Assembly: GCA_965226375.1 (NCBI GenBank)
Contig: CBDDCX010000008.1
Span: 1,600,001 to 1,664,000 of the forward strand
DNA length: 64,000 nucleotides
Direction of reading: 5' to 3'
Source: Longimicrobiales bacterium
Lineage (GTDB): Bacteria; Gemmatimonadota; Gemmatimonadetes; Longimicrobiales; Gaopeijiaceae
A program made the translations under genes and the position numbers. The notes under the pieces were generated by a model. It made no database searches, had not been told where the DNA came from, and was given only the letters and a program-made list of their open reading frames with translations. Every line of letters begins with the position of its first letter. Positions within the stretch are counted from its first letter, which is position 1. Positions 57,885 through 64,000 of this stretch are shown here, one piece after another.

Positions 57885-59194
57885 GGTACAGCCTACCCTG
57901 ATCCTTTACACAATGGCCTACACTGATGGTTGACAGGTTCCTATCAACCAGGGTTCTGCAACAAGGAGAGCCCGATGGACTGGAACCGGTCGACCATGTA
58001 CGAGCAAAGAGTACGCTTCATCCTCGAAGTGCAACAACGGACGTTCAGTTTCGCCGAGTCCTGTAGGCGCTACGGTATCAGCAGGACCGCGGGATACACC
58101 TGGTGGAATCGCTTCCGCGCAGAGGGATTCGAGGGACTGCAAGAGCGATCGCGCCGACCCCATCACTGCCCGCACGCCGTGGAGGAGCCGATCGTCGAAC
58201 ACGTCGTCGACCTGCGTCAGCGCTACGGATGGGGATCACGCAAGATCCGTAAACTCACAGCTGAGAAGTTTGGCTCGGCCCCAGTTCGCAGGACGATCGA
58301 TCGCATCTTCGAGCGTCACGACCTGATCACGAAGAAGCGCAGACGCTCCGGCAAACCGGGCCACCCCGGCAAGCCGCTCACTGCGATGGATGAGCCCAAT
58401 GCGGTCTGGACCGTCGACTTCAAAGGGCAGTTCAAGATGCGCAACGGTCGCTACTGCTACCCCCTCACGATCCAGGACGGCTTCAGCCGGTTCCTGCTCG
58501 AGTGCACAGGGCTGTATTCCACGTCGATCGAGCTCGCCAAGCCTGTGTTCATCAGGACTTTCCGCGAGTTCGGTCTGCCCGCCGTCATCCGCTCCGACAA
58601 TGGTACGCCCTTCGCTTCCATCGGCCTCGCTCGCCTCACACGCCTGAGTGCCTGGTGGATCCGCCTCGGTATCCGTCCTGAGACCATCGAGCCGGGTAAG
58701 CCGCAGCAGAACGGCCGACACGAACGCATGCACAGGACCCTCAAGCGTGAAGCCACTCGCCCGCCCAAGGCCAACCTCAGTGCCCAGCAGCGCCACTTCA
58801 ACGACTTCCGCCACACATTCAATCACATCCGCCCCCACGAGGCGCTCGACGACGCTACTCCCCATTCCGTCTACCGATCGGCTCTTAGAGCCTACCCCGA
58901 CGTCCTTCCGCCCATCGAGTACCCTGAGCACTTCGAGGTCCGTAAGGTCTCTACAAACGGAGCCATCCGCTGGCACTCGCGTTGGATCAACATCAGTTCG
59001 GCTCTGGGCAACGAGTTCATCGGGCTCGAACCCATCGGCCCCGCTCTGTGGCAGGTCTACTTCGGTCCCACTACCCTCGGGTGGTTTGACGAAGAACTCT
59101 TCGTCATTTTCGACACCCACGGTAACACAGGACGTAACCCAATCTGTTAACCATCAGCTGGCACACTTGTGTTAACCATCAGGTGCGCTGTTCA
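57885..59194 (+). mobile_element. IS481-family insertion sequence
   Basis: Imperfect terminal IRs with tandem subterminal boxes: CTGATCCTTTACA/CTGATGGTTGACA left, TGTTAACCATCAG twice right, 25-bp period at both ends. Single DDE transposase. Confidence 0.88.
57975..59150 (+). CDS. IS481-family DDE transposase
   Basis: HTH (CRRYGISR.AGY.W), WTVDFKG, RSDNG.PF, PQQNGRHERMHRTLK, RPHEAL. AAGGAG RBS. Confidence 0.93.
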   Translation: MDWNRSTMYEQRVRFILEVQQRTFSFAESCRRYGISRTAGYTWWNRFRAEGFEGLQERSRRPHHCPHAVEEPIVEHVVDLRQRYGWGSRKIRKLTAEKFGSAPVRRTIDRIFERHDLITKKRRRSGKPGHPGKPLTAMDEPNAVWTVDFKGQFKMRNGRYCYPLTIQDGFSRFLLECTGLYSTSIELAKPVFIRTFREFGLPAVIRSDNGTPFASIGLARLTRLSAWWIRLGIRPETIEPGKPQQNGRHERMHRTLKREATRPPKANLSAQQRHFNDFRHTFNHIRPHEALDDATPHSVYRSALRAYPDVLPPIEYPEHFEVRKVSTNGAIRWHSRWINISSALGNEFIGLEPIGPALWQVYFGPTTLGWFDEELFVIFDTHGNTGRNPIC

Positions 59195-60769
59195 GGTTGA
59201 AGCGACCCCGGCTGCCCGTGGTCCGACCCTCATCCCTCAATGTGGGCGCTACGTCAGGCTTGGTGGACTGCAGCGCCGGTACCAGGCCGAAGAACACGCC
59301 CGCCAGTACGGAGATTCCCAGAGTGAAGAACAGAACCTGGCGGTCGATGGTGATATCCAAGTTGATCGGGATGGGGATGGGCGGCTGGAAAGAGAGCAGC
59401 GCGGAGATCGTCCACTGGGCGACAAGAATTCCCGCCGCACCTCCCAAGCCTGCGAGTAAGACGGTTTCGGTGAGCAGCTGCCTCACCAGTGTGCTTCTCC
59501 TGGCGCCCAGGGCCAGCCTCACCGCGATCTCTTTCTGCCGGTCCGCGGCTCGTGCCAGAAGGAAGCTTGCCAGGTTCGCACACGCGATCAGCAGCACGAG
59601 CCCTACAACCGTGAGCAGCAGCCCCGCCACCGGTACCAGAGCCTTGTCCACGAAAGGGTGGACCGAGACGTCCTCAGTAGCGAGGACCGTCATGAGCCGA
59701 CCCTCATTGGTGTCGGGGTACTCTTCCGCCAACGCCGTGGAGAAGGCCAATACGGCGGCGTCTGCCTGTTCAACCGACACTCCCGACCGCAGTCGACCCT
59801 TCGCGAACAGGTTGCGCGTGCCGCGTCGTTGGAATCGACTTCCCGATACGAACTCCAACACATCGGCCATCATCATGGGGACATAGAATTCCGGAACCAG
59901 CCCCGCATACATGCCCTTGAAGCTCTCGGGCGCCACACCCACGACGGTGAAGACGTGTCCGTTGAGCCGCACCGAGCTGCCGACGACACCCGGATCACCA
60001 CCGAAGTCGCTCTGCCAGTATTGGTGGCCAAGAACCATGACCGGATGCGTACCTGGTGTGGCGTCTTCTTCGGGAAGAAAGCCACGCCCCAGGACGGGAC
60101 GCACACCCAGCATCGAGAAGTAGTTACCGGTGACGACCTCCATCTGGCGGATCCGGGTCTCGCTGCCGTCGTCCCGATCCGTCATAGCCATGAAGAGGTA
60201 GTAGGCCACAACGTCACTGAAGACCTCATTGGAGTCCCTGAGATCAGCGAAGTCCGGATAGGACAATGTGAGGTAGGCGTAGTCGTCATCCGACTGGTAG
60301 ATCTCCACGAGCTCTTCGGGAGCCTCGACCGGGAGCCCGCGGAGAAGAAGGCTGTTCACGATGCTGAAGATCGCCGTGTTGGCCCCGATGCCGAGCGCCA
60401 GAGACAGCACCGCCACCATGGTGAATCCGGGGCTCCGCGCGAGGCGGCGGAGTGCATAGCGTAGGTCCTGGTTGAGAATGTCCATTTGATCTCTCTTGGG
60501 GTGCTCAGAGGAGCCGGAAGGACGGCCGAAGCCGAGGGCATTCACGGTACGTCCGAGCCCGTTCTTAGTTCGGTATGCGAAGCCGATCACGGCTCCGCGA
60601 AAGGCGGTCGCCCAAAGCCACGCGCGAGCGGCGCCGGGACCCTTCTCCGGAATGACGAAGTCTTCGTACTCTTCGAGGAGATCGCCCAGGAAGGCTTCGC
60701 GATGCCTGCGGGGGATCAAGAGCGCCAGAAGCCGAAGGGCGCGGGGAACCGGGAGAAGTGGGACGCGGC

Positions 60770-61111
60770 TCACGGCTTCACAACGGAGCCGGTCTCATGC
60801 CCCTCCCACATGGCCGCGATCATGTCGCGGGCGCGGTCCAGCATGGCCCGTCCCGAGGGCTCCAGGTGGAAGTAACGGCGGGACCGTCCACCTCGGGAGT
60901 TGGTCGGACGGCTCATGGCCGAGGTGACGTATCCGCGCTCCTCGAGACGATCCATCGTCGGGTAGATGGCACCCAAAGAGACGGGCCGGCCCGTGCGCTC
61001 CTCGATCTCCCTGCGGATGGTGACGCCGTATGCATCTTCACCAAGCCGCATGACCGCCAAGAGCAACAGGTGCTCGAACTCTCCCAGAGATTTCCAACGG
61101 CTCACGATCAT
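60770..61111 (-). CDS. PadR family transcriptional regulator
   Basis: LGEFE...LLA...L...AYGV.I, GAIY.T..RLE..GYV, GGRSRRYF. Overlaps the permease start. Exact start uncertain. Confidence 0.9.
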   Translation of the reverse strand: MIVSRWKSLGEFEHLLLLAVMRLGEDAYGVTIRREIEERTGRPVSLGAIYPTMDRLEERGYVTSAMSRPTNSRGGRSRRYFHLEPSGRAMLDRARDMIAAMWEGHETGSVVKP

Positions 61112-61132
61112 CCCCCCGTCGGTGCGTGACGT

Positions 61133-61161
61133 TGATTTGTCAGAACTCCTAGGACAAATCA
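61133..61161. promoter_or_regulatory. Inverted repeat, putative PadR operator
   Basis: TGATTTGTC-11 nt-GACAAATCA just upstream of padR. Confidence 0.6.
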
Positions 61162-61217
61162 TGCACGTCCGTACGGAAGGTGATCGATGGAGGTTTCAGC
61201 GGGCGCTGTGGGAGACG

Positions 61218-61763
61218 TTATCCGACACTGTGAGGAGAGTTGTCCGACGCTCGGAGGAGCCGCTCTCCCTCCCGCGGATCTCCTTCGTCCAGCACCTTCT
61301 GGGTACGCGCGGCGCGGTACTGTCTCACGGCGTCGCGGACCTCAGGGTACTTGTTCCCAAGTATCTCACCGGCCAGAAGCCCGGCGTTGGTCGCCCCGGC
61401 ATTACCGATGGCCAGGGTGCCCACGGGAATCCCTGCCGGCATCTGCACGATGGACAGGAGTGAGTCCAGACCGTCTAAGGCCCAGGCCTTCATCGGCACG
61501 CCCAGGACCGGGACCACGGTCTTGGCCGCCATCATCCCTCCGAGGTGCGCCGCACCGCCTGCACCGGTGATGATGACCTCCAGACCCCGCTCTTCAGCAG
61601 TCGCGGCATACTCGATGCAGAGGTCTGGTGTGCGGTGACCAGAGATGACCCGGACCTCGTGAGGGATCCCGAGGCTCTCCAGTGCGTCAGCGGCTCGGCT
61701 CATGGTTTCCCAGTCCGACCGGGAACCCATAATCACGCCTACGAGTGGCTTCGATTCGTCCAT
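61218..61763 (-). CDS. purE: N5-CAIR mutase
   Basis: [41 protein letters not shown]. Confidence 0.95.
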   Translation of the reverse strand: MDESKPLVGVIMGSRSDWETMSRAADALESLGIPHEVRVISGHRTPDLCIEYAATAEERGLEVIITGAGGAAHLGGMMAAKTVVPVLGVPMKAWALDGLDSLLSIVQMPAGIPVGTLAIGNAGATNAGLLAGEILGNKYPEVRDAVRQYRAARTQKVLDEGDPREGERLLRASDNSPHSVG

Positions 61764-61855
61764 GGAAGAGAGGTTGTATCAGGTGTAGAGCCAGGTCAAG
61801 AGCCCATCGTGATGTCTCGACAGGCACAGCCCCACCACCTACCATCGACTGCACC

Positions 61856-64000
61856 ATGACCGACTCGTTTCAACCTCCCGCAGGCCCCCCGGTCTGGCCG
61901 GTCGCCCGCCCGGATCTGCTGGCATTCCTCCCCATGATCCAGATGGCCTGGAGCGACGGTGTTCTGACCCCCAGTGAGATGGAGGCCCTGTGTCAGGGGC
62001 TCGAGGATCAGGAGTGGTTGGATGATGAAGGACGGGAGATCCTGAGGAGTTGGCTCCGGCCGGAGTCGCCGCCGACCCCAGCGTCGGTGGCCGACCTTCG
62101 CGAGATCGCACGGAGCTGGTGGCCTGAGGACCGCAGCGTACCGAAATCACTCACGGGCCTCGGGCTCGAGTTGATTCGGGGGGCGGGGCTCACCACCGGT
62201 CCTTGGAGTCAGGATGGCGGACCCGATGCACTAGCGCGCGCGGAGGTGCGCCTCGGGATACCCGGGCCAGAAGCGGTGCTCGAGCTCCTGGGCCTGCCGG
62301 CCCCCGTTCACGCAGTGCGGCGTCAGTATTCGAAGTTCTGGATGCGCTCTCTTCACAGGTACCTGAACGGCACCCATCACGACTTGCGAGCCCGAGTCCT
62401 CGAACTCATGAAGTCGCCCGAGCTCGCCCTACCGTTGGGACTACCTCGAAGCGCGTACAGAGAACGGGTGATGGTGGCGCTCCAGATTCTGGCAAGGGAG
62501 GGCCTCGGCAGCCTCGGGTATCCCACGGCCTACGGAGGCCAGAACGATCCGGGCGCGGCCATCGCCGTCTTTGAGACGCTGGCCTACGGAGATCTCAGCG
62601 TGCTGGTCAAGTTCGGGGTACAGTTCGGTCTGTGGGGTGGAAGCATCCTGCAGCTGGGCACCGAACGCCACCATGAGGCCTACCTTGCGGCAATCGGCTC
62701 GCTGGAGCTTCCAGGCTGTTTCGGGATGACCGAAACGGGACACGGCTCGAACGTTCGTGACCTCCAGACCGTCGCACGCTACGACGCGACTTCGGGAGAG
62801 TTCGTCGTTCATACCCCCTCACCGGAGGCCCAAAAGGACTGGATCGGCAACGCGGGCCTCCACGGCCGTGTGGCCACGATCTTCGCTCAGTTGGAAGTGG
62901 ACGACACGCGGCACGGGGTGCACGGGTTCGTGGTGCCCATTCGGGATGATGATGGCCGGCCTCTTCCCGGGGTGACCATCACGGACCGGGGCGACAAGGT
63001 GGGCCTGAACGGGATCGACAACGGCACCCTGGCGTTCGACGAGGTACGCATCCCACGGGAAAACCTTCTCGACCGCTTCGGCGAGGTCACCCCCGAAGGT
63101 GTATACGCCAGCCCCATCCCGAGCTCCGGGCGGCGTTTTTTCACGATGCTGGGCACGCTCGTGGCCGGCCGTGTGAGCATCGCGGCAGCCTCGGTGAGCA
63201 CCGCCAAGACCGCGCTCACCATCGCGATCCGGTATGGTGACAGACGACGGCAATTCGGACCGGCGCATTCGGAAGAGGTGCGGATTCTCGACTACCGCGT
63301 ACACCAACGTCTCCTGCTCCCCCGCCTCGCCACCACATACGGGCTGCATTTCGCGGTGCGAGACCTGATCCGACGCTACACCGGGGATGCGGGAGGACCG
63401 GACGAAGCGGTAGAGGTCGACGCGGCGGGCCTCAAGGCTTATGCGTCCGCACATGCGCTGTCCACGATCCAGGCCTGCCGGGAGGCCTGTGGCGGCCAGG
63501 GGTATCTGGCGGCCAATCGCCTGGGCGCCCTCCGCGACGACGTCGACGTTTTCACCACGTTCGAGGGTGCCAACCCTGTGCTGCTCCAGCTCGTCGCCAA
63601 AGGACTTCTGTCAGGCTATCGAGATCAGATCGGAGACTTGAGGCTGTGGGGCATGGTCCGCCACGTAGCCGATCGGGCCAGCGTACGATTGACGGAGATG
63701 AACCCCGTCATCACGAGAAGAACGGACGAGGATCATCTACGGGATCCCGAGTTTCACTTGGCGGCGTTTCGCTACCGAGAGGATCGCCTCTTGGCATCCG
63801 CGGCCCGACGCCTCGGGGACCTTCTCGGAGACGGCGTGAGCTCCTTCGAGGCCATGAACATCACGCAGGACCATCTCGTCACTCTGGCGAACGCACACGT
63901 CGAGCGGATGATCATGGAGTGTTTCCACGATGCGGTGATGCGTGCACCAACGCCGGGGCTCTCAGAGGCCATGAGCGGGCTGGCGACGCTCTATGGCCTG
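61856..64000 (+). CDS. Acyl-CoA oxidase/dehydrogenase with N-terminal TerB-like domain (3' end runs off the window)
   Basis: Absent from the ORF track, translated by hand from ATG 61856: AWSDGVLTPSE, KFGVQFGLWGG, GCFGMTETGHGSNV, K.WIGNA, RRQFG, REACGGQG, TFEGAN.VL. Confidence 0.9.
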   Translation, partial: MTDSFQPPAGPPVWPVARPDLLAFLPMIQMAWSDGVLTPSEMEALCQGLEDQEWLDDEGREILRSWLRPESPPTPASVADLREIARSWWPEDRSVPKSLTGLGLELIRGAGLTTGPWSQDGGPDALARAEVRLGIPGPEAVLELLGLPAPVHAVRRQYSKFWMRSLHRYLNGTHHDLRARVLELMKSPELALPLGLPRSAYRERVMVALQILAREGLGSLGYPTAYGGQNDPGAAIAVFETLAYGDLSVLVKFGVQFGLWGGSILQLGTERHHEAYLAAIGSLELPGCFGMTETGHGSNVRDLQTVARYDATSGEFVVHTPSPEAQKDWIGNAGLHGRVATIFAQLEVDDTRHGVHGFVVPIRDDDGRPLPGVTITDRGDKVGLNGIDNGTLAFDEVRIPRENLLDRFGEVTPEGVYASPIPSSGRRFFTMLGTLVAGRVSIAAASVSTAKTALTIAIRYGDRRRQFGPAHSEEVRILDYRVHQRLLLPRLATTYGLHFAVRDLIRRYTGDAGGPDEAVEVDAAGLKAYASAHALSTIQACREACGGQGYLAANRLGALRDDVDVFTTFEGANPVLLQLVAKGLLSGYRDQIGDLRLWGMVRHVADRASVRLTEMNPVITRRTDEDHLRDPEFHLAAFRYREDRLLASAARRLGDLLGDGVSSFEAMNITQDHLVTLANAHVERMIMECFHDAVMRAPTPGLSEAMSGLATLYGL

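Larger units (their letters stand above)
56725..60773 (-). pseudogene. ADOP-type ABC permease interrupted by IS481
   Basis: The 5' half ends ...GSRGRFNL at about 59195 and the 3' half resumes LRNSLVVAQVA at about 57884. Removing the IS restores RFNLRNSLVVAQV. Confidence 0.9.

Noticed and set aside
59145..59182. TGTTAACCATCAG repeats as a mini-CRISPR
   Set aside because: Only two 13-bp copies, mirrored at the other IS end, with no cas genes. These are transposase-binding boxes.
61764..64000. Apparent non-coding region or short minus-strand ORFs in the ORF track
   Set aside because: A single plus-strand frame from 61856 runs off the window and encodes the acyl-CoA oxidase.

Overview
GC-rich bacterial chromosomal window. 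The gene inventory (PadR + ADOP-type duplicated ABC permeases, Ser/Thr kinase with PD40 repeats, GWxTD-like protein, GldA/F/G-like ABC system, many exported peptidases) suggests Gemmatimonadota or Acidobacteriota; this is an inference. About 50 CDSs, one IS481-family element inserted in an ABC permease, and no rRNA, tRNA or CRISPR array were seen. Best candidate for an undescribed system is 22190-24058 (minus strand): a CutF/CruR-like leader protein (signal peptide, His-rich linker, CxxxxC, C-terminal TPPPRLG) whose Pro-Arg codons can base-pair with the Shine-Dalgarno of the next gene. That gene encodes an uncharacterised lipoprotein with four HxxH repeats and is coupled to a truncated outer-membrane-type gene, which suggests a metal-responsive ribosome-stalling switch. 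Other highlights: a stand-alone ~290-nt transcription unit with an 11-nt anti-SD match and a 20-aa ORF (50718-51045); a 19-bp-spacer SoxR-type promoter driving an SDR + QueA-like operon; a His-less hybrid kinase; an active/degenerate M42 peptidase pair in an exported-enzyme operon; and at least six deletion junctions that truncate genes (genome erosion or assembly chimerism).
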